From a virus (lineage: Duplodnaviria; Caudoviricetes), in the IMG/VR virus record IMGVR_UViG_3300005512_000170, positions 1-33,589 of that record: a stretch of 33,589 bases of DNA. One strand, written 5' to 3'. The translations under genes and the position numbers were made by a program. Within the stretch, counting starts at the first letter, position 1, and each line of letters starts with the position of its first letter. This document shows positions 25,955-33,589 of the stretch, piece by piece. Under the pieces are notes generated by a model, which saw only the letters and a list, made by a program, of their open reading frames with translations, was not told where the DNA came from and did no database searches.

Positions 25955-26341
25955 TAAGAGCTTTACCTTATCTTAATAGTTAAGCTAGTTTAATTTCTTA
26001 ATAATATCTCCTTAAATAAATAACTAATTATAAATTTTCAGAAAATATAAGGCTCTTATAGCTCGAAGCCCTCTTATTTGTGTAGAGGGTTTTGTTTTGT
26101 AGTAAGCACCCTCTACACTTAACCACGCCTTTATTCATGCGCTTTTGTTTACTCTTTTTTTTATGTAGTAGCAATAAGTAAAATAGTGATTAGCAAAAAA
26201 TAAAAAATAAAAAAGAGTATATTTTTATATATATTTACTTATATAGTATAGGGGTGGATACTCTACTACATTCGCTACATTGCTATAAGAGCTCTTATAG
26301 AACACATAGCAAAAATTATAAAATATGATATACTAATCCCC
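25955..26341. other. AT-rich non-coding region with palindromes; candidate origin and/or packaging-initiation region
   Basis: Largest intergenic gap; 18-bp palindrome at 26283-26300, 11-bp inverted repeat 26080-26090/26108-26118, repeated TGTAG/CTACA. Confidence 0.5.
26326..26334 (+). promoter_or_regulatory. Extended -10 promoter for terS
   Basis: TG-A-TATACT ending 7 nt before the ATG. Confidence 0.55.
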
Positions 26342-26809
26342 ATGAGTGAATTAAACGAAAAACAAAAAGCATTTTGCAGAGAATATATTATTGATAACAA
26401 TGCAACACAGGCAGCGATACGTGCGGGGTATAGTAAACGTAGTGCTGAAGCATGTGCATCACGACTGTTAACAAAAGATAAGATCAAAGAGCACGTAGAA
26501 GAGTTACGTAAAAAAGCCACTAAAAACTCAAGAGGTGCTGAGTGGGTGATTGAACAATTAGAGAGAGTTGTACTTATGGGTTTAGGTGATGAGGAACAGC
26601 CTGTAGTGACTAAAGAAGGACAAGGAGGGGGGATCACTACTACATCATCACAAAAGCTCAGAAAAGCCGATCTCGTAGCTGCTAAGGGTGCATTAGATCT
26701 CTTAGGTAAGTATCATGGTATATTCTCTGAGAGTCATAAGGTTGAGCATAGCGGTTCTATTATGAAGCGTATTATTAACGTCAATACTACTAAGAAGGAC
26801 GATAAGTAA
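26342..26809 (+). CDS. terS: Terminase small subunit
   Basis: LNEKQKAFCREYIIDNNATQAAIRAGYS; ALDLLGKYHGIF. Confidence 0.93.
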   Translation: MSELNEKQKAFCREYIIDNNATQAAIRAGYSKRSAEACASRLLTKDKIKEHVEELRKKATKNSRGAEWVIEQLERVVLMGLGDEEQPVVTKEGQGGGITTTSSQKLRKADLVAAKGALDLLGKYHGIFSESHKVEHSGSIMKRIINVNTTKKDDK

Positions 26810-27609
26810 TGAGTACAAGATCTATAACTGATTGGGTACAGACTTTAGATGATATTATCCCTGCGTTACAGATGGGGTTAGTACCTGATAGTGCTATAGG
26901 TCAGGTTTATCATAAGTTCTCAGAGTCTAATCAAATTACTACTCAAGCTTCAATATTATCATCGTGTGAGAATCAAGACCCTTTTAACACAGCAGGGTCT
27001 CAGTTATATATCTCTTCAAGTGATGCTGCAGATACACAGCAGATCTACTTAGAGGGTGTTGATCAGAATTTCTTAATGGCTTCAGAGCTAATAACACTAA
27101 CAGGTCAAACTGCTAAAGCTTTAACTACAAACTTTAGGACTATCTTCAGGGGTTGGAATAATAATGGTACAGTTTTAGCAGGAGATGTATATGTAGGTAC
27201 TGAGGTAACTCCTACAGGTGGAATACCTGCTACTGACAATCAGTACGCTATGATCCCTAGCATTTATGATGATAAACAAGTAAATCAGATACTTACATCT
27301 GTCTTTACAGTACCTGATAACTATACAGGTTTTATTACAGAATGGTATACATCTGCTGCTAAGAGTAAAGATATTGAACTAACTGCATATGCAAGGTTAT
27401 ATCAAAAGATATTCAAGTATGAAGCTCACATGAGCACCTTTGAGTCAAGTATTCAGAGAGAGTTACCTTTTTTAAAGTTCCCTTCAAAGACAGACTTTAA
27501 GGTAGAAGCTCTAACCTCGTCAGGTTCTATTAGTGCCTCTACAAGTTATACTCTGATCCTACTCCATAACAATTATATAAATAGTGCTAGAGAAGTAGTA
27601 TGGAGATAA
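26809..27609 (+). CDS. Hypothetical beta-rich protein, possibly structural
   Basis: 266 aa, Thr/Ser-rich, coupled between terS and terL. Confidence 0.6.
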   Translation: MSTRSITDWVQTLDDIIPALQMGLVPDSAIGQVYHKFSESNQITTQASILSSCENQDPFNTAGSQLYISSSDAADTQQIYLEGVDQNFLMASELITLTGQTAKALTTNFRTIFRGWNNNGTVLAGDVYVGTEVTPTGGIPATDNQYAMIPSIYDDKQVNQILTSVFTVPDNYTGFITEWYTSAAKSKDIELTAYARLYQKIFKYEAHMSTFESSIQRELPFLKFPSKTDFKVEALTSSGSISASTSYTLILLHNNYINSAREVVWR

Positions 27610-29000
27610 ACTTAGCTCCTATCGTTTCAGATTACTATATGGACGATAACCTCGTCACGTTAATCATCGGACCTGTAGGAAGTGGTAAGACCCTCGGTAG
27701 TATCGCTAAGTTAGATCGGTTGATGTATGAACAAGAACCTAATGACGATGGTATTAGATACACTCGATGGGCGGTAGTACGTAATACCTACTTAGAACTT
27801 AAAGATACTACGATCAAGTCCTTTGAGGGTTTCTTTGGAGATCTCATAAAGTTTAATTGGGGTAACATGACTGCTACTTATAAGCATGATGATGTTCACG
27901 CTGAGTTTCTCTTCAGGTCATTAGATAAACCTGGTGACATGCGTAAGCTACTATCGTTAGAGATCACAGGAGCTTATCTTAATGAGATGAGAGAGTTAAG
28001 TCATGAAGCATTAGAAAATGTTATATCTCGTCTAGGTCGTTATCCATACCCTAAAGATGGTAAGGGTTGTACTAAGAGTAATGTCATAGCTGATAGTAAT
28101 GCGTTCCCTGATGATCATTGGATCTACAATCTCTTTATGACTAGCGATAAGCCTGATAACTACAGTTTATACTTACAGCCTCCTGCAATACTTGATGATA
28201 ACTCTCTTAACCCTGAAGCTGAGAACTTAGAGAACTTACCTCACGATTACTATACAAGACAGCTTGCAGGTGCTACGGATAACTTTGTAGACATCATGCT
28301 TAAGGTTAAGTTTATAGCTAAGAAGGAAGGTAAACCTGTGTATCCTGAGTATAATGACCGTGTGCATTGTGTACCTCATGAATCACTACGTCCACCTTCT
28401 GAAGATCTTCCTTTGATATGTGGTGGTGATAATGGTCGATGGTCAGGCTTTGTTATAGGTCAAAGAGATCCTTTAGGGCGTGTAGTGATCTTTGATGAGA
28501 TAGTGAGTGATGATATTAACTTAACTGAGTTTAGTGAGGTCATAGAGGATCACATGAAGAGATACTATCCTAACTATAAGTTTGAAACGTGGATCGATCC
28601 CTGGGCTGCTAATCAAAGAGGACAGCTTACAGATGCTACGATGTTCAAAGTCTATAACAAGAATAATTTACACCCTCGAGTTACAGATACTAACTCGCCT
28701 GAAACTATGGTAGAAGCTGTTAAGAAAAACTTTAGCAGGTTCACATTAGGTCAGCCTAACATCGTGATAAGTAACAAGTGTAAGACTCTTAGAAGAGGTC
28801 TTAATGGTGGTTATGCGTATCGTAGAGTAAACGTGTCAGGTGAACGCTATGCTGAGAAGCCTGATAAGAACCGTTACTCACATATCTGTAATGCCTTTGA
28901 GTTTCTCATAGATGGTATGGGTGCTAGTAAAGAACTCTTAAGCTCTAATAAGTTTAAGGGTCATACAATACGTGTAGATGATGGCTGGAATGTATTATGA
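27600..29000 (+). CDS. terL: Terminase large subunit
   Basis: GPVGSGKT, VVRNTYLEL, Walker B variant AYLNE, GRYP; nuclease GGDNG and KPDKNRYSH. Confidence 0.92.
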   Translation: MEINLAPIVSDYYMDDNLVTLIIGPVGSGKTLGSIAKLDRLMYEQEPNDDGIRYTRWAVVRNTYLELKDTTIKSFEGFFGDLIKFNWGNMTATYKHDDVHAEFLFRSLDKPGDMRKLLSLEITGAYLNEMRELSHEALENVISRLGRYPYPKDGKGCTKSNVIADSNAFPDDHWIYNLFMTSDKPDNYSLYLQPPAILDDNSLNPEAENLENLPHDYYTRQLAGATDNFVDIMLKVKFIAKKEGKPVYPEYNDRVHCVPHESLRPPSEDLPLICGGDNGRWSGFVIGQRDPLGRVVIFDEIVSDDINLTEFSEVIEDHMKRYYPNYKFETWIDPWAANQRGQLTDATMFKVYNKNNLHPRVTDTNSPETMVEAVKKNFSRFTLGQPNIVISNKCKTLRRGLNGGYAYRRVNVSGERYAEKPDKNRYSHICNAFEFLIDGMGASKELLSSNKFKGHTIRVDDGWNVL

Positions 29001-29263
29001 CAGAAGAGGTATTCACATATCGTGATGGTAATGATTGGGTGAGTTACATAGAGTCTGAAGAGGGGATCTGCATGTCAGCTCATACTGATAGTCAGAAGTA
29101 CCCTAAGCCTATGTTAAGAGCTATACTTAAGACCTTTTTGCAATTCGATAGTGTTTATACTATACTTCCTTATAATTATTTAGTGAAGTTCTACAAGCAG
29201 CACGCTGAGGTAGAGCTTATCAACGCTGAAGCTAATCTATATAGACTTTGGAGGGTAAAGTAA
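28997..29263 (+). CDS. Hypothetical protein (possible degenerate GNAT-like fold)
   Basis: 88 aa, overlaps both neighbours; the fold guess is weak. Confidence 0.5.
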   Translation: MTEEVFTYRDGNDWVSYIESEEGICMSAHTDSQKYPKPMLRAILKTFLQFDSVYTILPYNYLVKFYKQHAEVELINAEANLYRLWRVK

Positions 29264-29583
29264 TGGGTAAGCCTGTAAACATGGTATACGATATTGTAAA
29301 GGGTAACGTACAGCGTAACATATTAGATCCTATTAACAGATTAGGTGGAGATATAACCGGTGCTAATGCTCTAAAAGAACAGACTGAGATAGCTAAAGAA
29401 CAAGAAGCAAGACTCGCAGCATCTCAGAAAGAACAAGAAGCTATCGCTAAAGAGCGTGAGAAGGAAGCTAATATGGATCTCGCTGAGGCTCAACGTAGAC
29501 TCCTTAAGGCTCAACGTCCTAAAGCAGATCTCTTATCAGGTACTGAGTTAGGTACTCAATCAACTAAAAAAGGAGTTTTATGA
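29263..29583 (+). CDS. Small pre-portal virion protein
   Basis: Coiled coil with C-terminal LLSGTELG..KKGVL; likely start at MGKP (the track gives 29248); synteny. Confidence 0.6.
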   Translation: MGKPVNMVYDIVKGNVQRNILDPINRLGGDITGANALKEQTEIAKEQEARLAASQKEQEAIAKEREKEANMDLAEAQRRLLKAQRPKADLLSGTELGTQSTKKGVL

Positions 29584-30197
29584 GATTCATAAGTAATAAT
29601 TTCGCTCATGTTAAGTGTTTAGGCTGTGGTTACAGAACTGTTATTAATCCTGGGTATCCGTTTACGCTTCGGTGTAAGTGTTATATCGAAGCGTCTGATC
29701 CTGTTAAGGAAGAAAAAGATTACACTAATGGTGATAATCGAGTAACTCTTATTGGAGTATTCAATAACGGTGATGTTGAGGTAAGTGAGCCTTATGATCT
29801 CAGTAAGACTTGGCGTATTCCTAAAGATACTTTTGAGAATGAGTTTAAAGAAGTCGTTAAAGAAGAACTTACATATAACGGTCTTACAGCTAAAGAGATG
29901 GTAGATCAGTATACTGTAGAAGAACTCAAAGAGATCGCTGAGGGGTTAGGTGTCCCTAGCGTATCTAATATGCTAGAAAGTAACCTAATCAGTCGTATCT
30001 TAAAAACAAGTGATACAAAAGAAGTCGTTAAAGTTATAGAAAAACCTACATATAACGGTCTTACAGCTGAAGAGATGGCTGATCAGTATACTGTAGAAGA
30101 ACTCAAAGAGATCGCTGAGGGGTTAGGTATCCCTAGAGTATCTCGTATGCTAGAAAAGAAGCTAATCAAGCGTATCTTAGAAAAGAGTGAGGGATGA
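29580..30197 (+). CDS. Zn-ribbon protein with duplicated HeH/Rho-N-like helical domain
   Basis: CLGC...CKC; two copies of YTVEELKEIAEGLG(V/I)P...LIxRIL (DNA about 29870-30002 and 30047-30179). Confidence 0.7.
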   Translation: MRFISNNFAHVKCLGCGYRTVINPGYPFTLRCKCYIEASDPVKEEKDYTNGDNRVTLIGVFNNGDVEVSEPYDLSKTWRIPKDTFENEFKEVVKEELTYNGLTAKEMVDQYTVEELKEIAEGLGVPSVSNMLESNLISRILKTSDTKEVVKVIEKPTYNGLTAEEMADQYTVEELKEIAEGLGIPRVSRMLEKKLIKRILEKSEG

Positions 30198-31720
30198 TCT
30201 CTATAGAAACTATTAAGAAACGATACTCTAAAGCTAAAGGTAACTATGAAGCATACTCATCGATATTAAGAGATGCTTATACCTACGCTCTTCCTGATAA
30301 GGGTTACTTCGACACTATAAGTAATGGGTATCGTACTAAAAAAGTATATGACAGTACAGCGATCTTAGGTGTAGGTACTTATGCTGATAAGGTGCAGCAA
30401 AACATCGTTCCACCTTGGCGTAAGTGGTTCGTATTAGAACCTGGTAGTGAGATCCCTGAAGAGCTACACGAACAAGTACAGCCTGCATTAGACAATATTA
30501 GTGATACTCTTTACGATCATATCAATCACTCTAACTTTAATACTAAGATGAATGAAGCCTTACAAGACGTAGCGATCTCTACAGGTATCTTAACTTGTGA
30601 AGAGGGTGACGGTATAGAGAGTTCTCTAACCTTTAACTCTATTCCTGTTGAAGAGGTGGCTCTTGAAGAGTCACAAAATGGTATCGTAGATAATGTCTAT
30701 CGTAAGTTTAAGATTAAAATTAGAGATATTGAATCTAGTATTAGAGGATCTAAGCTCACACCTAAATTATCTAAGAAATTAACTGAAGATGTAAACGCTA
30801 AGATAGATCTAATCGAGGCTGTAGTGCGTAATGATAAGGGTACTTACGATCATGTTATCTTTGATGAGGAAGATGAAGGTACTATCTATGAGGTAGAAGA
30901 TGACTCTAACCCTTACATAGTATTTAGAGAGCGTGTTACCTCTAAAGGGGTTTATGGTATGGGACGTGTTATACAGCTCTTAACCGATATTAAAGTCCTC
31001 AATAAACTCGCTGAGATGGATCTCAAGAACGCAGGTTTAGCTATTAGTGGTGTGTACACTGCTACTGATGATGGTGTATTTAACCCATATAACACTCGCT
31101 TAGTTCCTGGCACTATCATACCTGTTGCTAGTAATGCTAATGGTAATCCTACATTAAGACCTTTAGAGCGATCAGGTGACTTCAACGTAGCTATGCTCAA
31201 GATGGAACAGAAACAAGAGCTTATCACTAAGGTTCTCTTTGGTCAGGCGTTAGGTTCAATAACTAAGACTCCTGTTCGTACTGCTACTGAGGTTAATGAG
31301 CGTGTAGGTGAGAGCTATGAGTTAAGTTCCGCTGCGTTTAGTAGGTTTCAAACAGAACTCTTAGAGAGACTCATTAAGCGCATGGTAGATGTTCTTAGTA
31401 AAGCAGGTAAGATAGCTCCTATTGTTATCGATGGAAAAGAGGTTACGATCAAGTTTACATCTCCTTCAGCTAAACAGCAGGATCAAAACGATGTCACTAC
31501 CATTGTAAACTACGCTAATACTCTTGCAGCTACAGGTATTCCTATGGAGACTTTGGGTACTAAGATCAAGTTTGAGGACGTACCTGGTTATATCGCTGAG
31601 AATATGGGTATCCCTAGTAAACTGATTCGTACTGAAGAGGAAGAGGAAGAATATACTGCTAAACAACAACAAGCTATGCAAGCTCAGATGATGGCAACTC
31701 AACAAGGAGGTCAAGCGTGA
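30194..31720 (+). CDS. Portal protein (head-to-tail connector, T7 gp8-like)
   Basis: VYDSTA, PPWRKWF, SNFNT, GVYGMGR and RTATEV motifs; 508 aa. Confidence 0.93.
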   Translation: MISIETIKKRYSKAKGNYEAYSSILRDAYTYALPDKGYFDTISNGYRTKKVYDSTAILGVGTYADKVQQNIVPPWRKWFVLEPGSEIPEELHEQVQPALDNISDTLYDHINHSNFNTKMNEALQDVAISTGILTCEEGDGIESSLTFNSIPVEEVALEESQNGIVDNVYRKFKIKIRDIESSIRGSKLTPKLSKKLTEDVNAKIDLIEAVVRNDKGTYDHVIFDEEDEGTIYEVEDDSNPYIVFRERVTSKGVYGMGRVIQLLTDIKVLNKLAEMDLKNAGLAISGVYTATDDGVFNPYNTRLVPGTIIPVASNANGNPTLRPLERSGDFNVAMLKMEQKQELITKVLFGQALGSITKTPVRTATEVNERVGESYELSSAAFSRFQTELLERLIKRMVDVLSKAGKIAPIVIDGKEVTIKFTSPSAKQQDQNDVTTIVNYANTLAATGIPMETLGTKIKFEDVPGYIAENMGIPSKLIRTEEEEEEYTAKQQQAMQAQMMATQQGGQA

Positions 31721-31974
31721 TCTATGAAGGATATGCTAACAGGGGTTTAAAACCTATGAGTGATAAAGATATAGATGCTCTTAATCATGCTTATGCAAGA
31801 GTGTTTAGTTCTGCTGAGGGTAAGAAGGTATTAGATCACTTAGTCAAAGCTAACTTAGCCACTCCGATCGCTATGCAGGGTGATGATATGTTATCTATAG
31901 GTGTACGTCAAGGACGTGCTAACTTAGTTGATGAGATTATTCAACGTATCGTAAGGGTAGACAATGGCGTGTAA
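31717..31974 (+). CDS. Small post-portal protein (BPP-1 Bbp19-like)
   Basis: YARVFSSAEGKKVLDHL...RQGRANLV. Confidence 0.75.
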   Translation: MIYEGYANRGLKPMSDKDIDALNHAYARVFSSAEGKKVLDHLVKANLATPIAMQGDDMLSIGVRQGRANLVDEIIQRIVRVDNGV

Positions 31975-32005
31975 AAAGAAAAAAGGTACTAAACCTAAGA
32001 AGTAA
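31964..32005 (+). CDS. 13-aa lysine-rich peptide MACKKKKGTKPKK
   Basis: AAGGG RBS, ATG at 31964, TAA at 32003-32005, immediately followed by a stem-loop. Confidence 0.55.
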   Translation: MACKKKKGTKPKK

Positions 32006-32042
32006 GTTCATAAGGTACTCTTAGGAGTATCTTAGTGAGTTT
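32004..32042 (+). terminator. Intergenic stem-loop (hairpin family copy 3)
   Basis: AAGTTCAT-AAGGTACTC-TTAG-GAGTATCTT-A-GTGAGTTT. Confidence 0.6.
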
Positions 32043-32075
32043 ATCTCAACAAATTAACATTAAAGGACACATAAG

Positions 32076-32831
32076 ATGAGTGAATCTCTTATCCCTGCAA
32101 ATGTAGAAGCATCGACTACTACTGAAGCAACGACTACGACTACAGAGTCTACAACTATACCTACTACAGACGATACTACTGCACCTGGTTATTTATACGC
32201 AGATGGGATCGAAGCGCAAGGTGATGTTCCTGAGTGGTTTAAGTCTAATAAATATAAGACTGTATCAGAACAAGCTGCTGCTTACCCTGAACTTGAAAAG
32301 CGTTTTGGATCTTTTACAGGTGCTCCTAAAGAGGGTAAATATGAGATTGAAGGTGTAGAGTTTGAAGATAATACTCTACTAAAGACTGTTGCAGATTGGG
32401 GATTAGAAAATCAACTATCTCAGGAAGGGTTATCTACTCTAATTACCAAAGTTAATGAGTTAGCTGAAGCTCAAGTAGCATTAGATAGAGAAAATGCTCT
32501 TGCAGAACTTGGAGAGAATGGTACTAAGATCCTACAAGATCTCGCTCAATGGGGTAAGAATAACTTAACTCCTGAAGAGTACGTACAGTTTCAAGGACTA
32601 GCACAAAACGCAGGACAAGTTAAGCTATTAGATAAGCTAGTAGGAATGAACAAGAACAGTAAGTTAGTGGATCAAACTCAGGTAGAAGCTCCTAATAATC
32701 GTGAGGCTATAGAAGCTAAACTTAAAGAAGAGTATGTAGCTACTAATGACAAAGGTCAAAGGTTAATGGACGTAGATATGGCTTACAGACAAAGAGTTAA
32801 TGCTAAATTTAAAGAGTTTTATGGTAACTAA
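32076..32831 (+). CDS. Capsid scaffolding/assembly protein
   Basis: Thr-rich low-complexity N-terminus, PEWF...YPELEKRFG..GAP; lies between portal and capsid. Confidence 0.82.
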   Translation: MSESLIPANVEASTTTEATTTTTESTTIPTTDDTTAPGYLYADGIEAQGDVPEWFKSNKYKTVSEQAAAYPELEKRFGSFTGAPKEGKYEIEGVEFEDNTLLKTVADWGLENQLSQEGLSTLITKVNELAEAQVALDRENALAELGENGTKILQDLAQWGKNNLTPEEYVQFQGLAQNAGQVKLLDKLVGMNKNSKLVDQTQVEAPNNREAIEAKLKEEYVATNDKGQRLMDVDMAYRQRVNAKFKEFYGN

Positions 32832-32832
32832 C

Positions 32833-32861
32833 TTGCATTAATAAGCAAAAAAATATATAAT
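32833..32861 (+). promoter_or_regulatory. Sigma70-type promoter for the capsid gene
   Basis: TTGCAT-N17-TATAAT. Confidence 0.75.
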
Positions 32862-32867
32862 CTTGGT

Positions 32868-33020
32868 AAGCAACTAATCTTACTTTTTAGAATACCCTCC
32901 TAGCAGGCTCTGAAAACAAGATGAGTTATAGTTTAGGATTAAGCTGTACTCTCCTGTTTCAGGGTGTGCAATACCAAAAAATCCGACAAATTATTTCAAA
33001 TCTTTAAAAAAGGACGACTT
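32868..33020 (+). ncRNA. Candidate structured leader RNA upstream of the capsid gene
   Basis: Two long hairpins (32872-32927 and 32936-32984), each with an AATACC-containing internal loop; folded by eye. Confidence 0.5.
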
Positions 33021-33589
33021 ATGTCAAAGAATCTAAGTTCTGTTGCTTCTACTCAGTTTGATACTGAAGTAAAGCACGCTTATCAAACTTTAAGTGCTAC
33101 ACTTGCTGGTACAACTACTGAGCGTAAAGGCGTAGTAGGTGACACTTATGATTTCCGTAAAATGGGTAAAGGTTTAGCAACGCCTAGAACAGCTCCTTCA
33201 GCTGATGCAGTTGCTATGGATATTTCACACAATCTAATTTCTTGTACACTTACAGATTGGGATGCAAATGAGTATACAGATATATTCAATGCTGCTGAAG
33301 TTAACTTCGATGAGGTTAAAGAGCTTGGTATGACTATTGCAGGTGCTCTTGGTAGACGTGATGATCAGCTTAAAATTGATGCTATGGTCGCTGGTACTTA
33401 TAATACTACTCCTGTATCAGGTACAAGTGGTGGTCAAGTTGCAGTAGGTACAGGTGGTGCAAATACTAACCTTAATATCTCTAAACTACGTGCTGCTAAA
33501 AAGTTCCTAGACACTTTTGAAGTACCTCAAGAAGGTAGACATATTGCAGTATCTCCTAGTGGGATTAGTGCTCTACTTGCATCTACTCA
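33021..33589 (+). CDS. Major capsid protein, 5' part (continues through the circular join to 448)
   Basis: AAGGA RBS; MSKNLSSVASTQFDTEVKHAYQ...EYTDIFNAAEVNFDEVKELGMTIAGALGRRDDQLKIDAM; open to the window end. Confidence 0.9.
   Translation, partial: MSKNLSSVASTQFDTEVKHAYQTLSATLAGTTTERKGVVGDTYDFRKMGKGLATPRTAPSADAVAMDISHNLISCTLTDWDANEYTDIFNAAEVNFDEVKELGMTIAGALGRRDDQLKIDAMVAGTYNTTPVSGTSGGQVAVGTGGANTNLNISKLRAAKKFLDTFEVPQEGRHIAVSPSGISALLAST
33467..33589. repeat. Direct terminal repeat, right copy
   Basis: Identical to 1-123. Confidence 0.97.

Noticed and set aside
27600-29000. Inactive terminase because Walker B reads LNE
   Set aside because: All other motifs are intact and NE variants occur in this terminase group, so there is no evidence of decay.
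3322-31714. Antisense or nested ORFs in the track (3322, 4296, 5864, 6646, 6852, 6869, 7408, 9441, 11589, 16333, 17487, 20358, 25126, 26275, 30952, 31466)
   Set aside because: They lie within or across well-supported genes and have no recognisable motifs; treated as shadow ORFs.
1-33589. Stop-codon reassignment
   Set aside because: Genes are full length and tightly packed under the standard code, with TAA, TAG and TGA all used as stops.

Overview
The window is almost certainly one complete, AT-rich podovirus genome of 33,466 bp. Bases 1-123 are repeated exactly at 33467-33589, and the major capsid gene reads in frame across that junction. There are two transcription arms. The rightward arm (23405 through the end, wrapping to 12664) carries an HTH protein, primase-helicase, terminase, portal, scaffold, capsid, T7/BPP-1-like tail tubes, ejection proteins, tail fibre and lysis genes. 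The leftward arm (23300 to 12654) carries three beta-solenoid repeat genes, dUTPase, small ORFs, an acidic repeat protein, SSB, a B-family-type DNA polymerase, a 5'-3' exonuclease, DUF3310, an SF2 helicase and VRR-NUC. I saw no integrase, RNA polymerase, tRNA, CRISPR array or reverse transcriptase. Promoter style suggests a Campylobacterota host (inference). The most unusual signals are: a shared SRRSRRG C-terminal tag on SSB and the adjacent acidic protein; a structured ~150-nt capsid leader with twin AATACC loops; an unannotated 13-aa lysine-rich peptide gene in the head module; a perfect 15-bp inverted repeat bracketing the divergent promoters; three adjacent solenoid genes of period 5, 8 and 6; and an outer-membrane beta-barrel gene with a PagL-like motif inside the lysis cassette. 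All product calls come from motifs and synteny read by eye; no database search was run.
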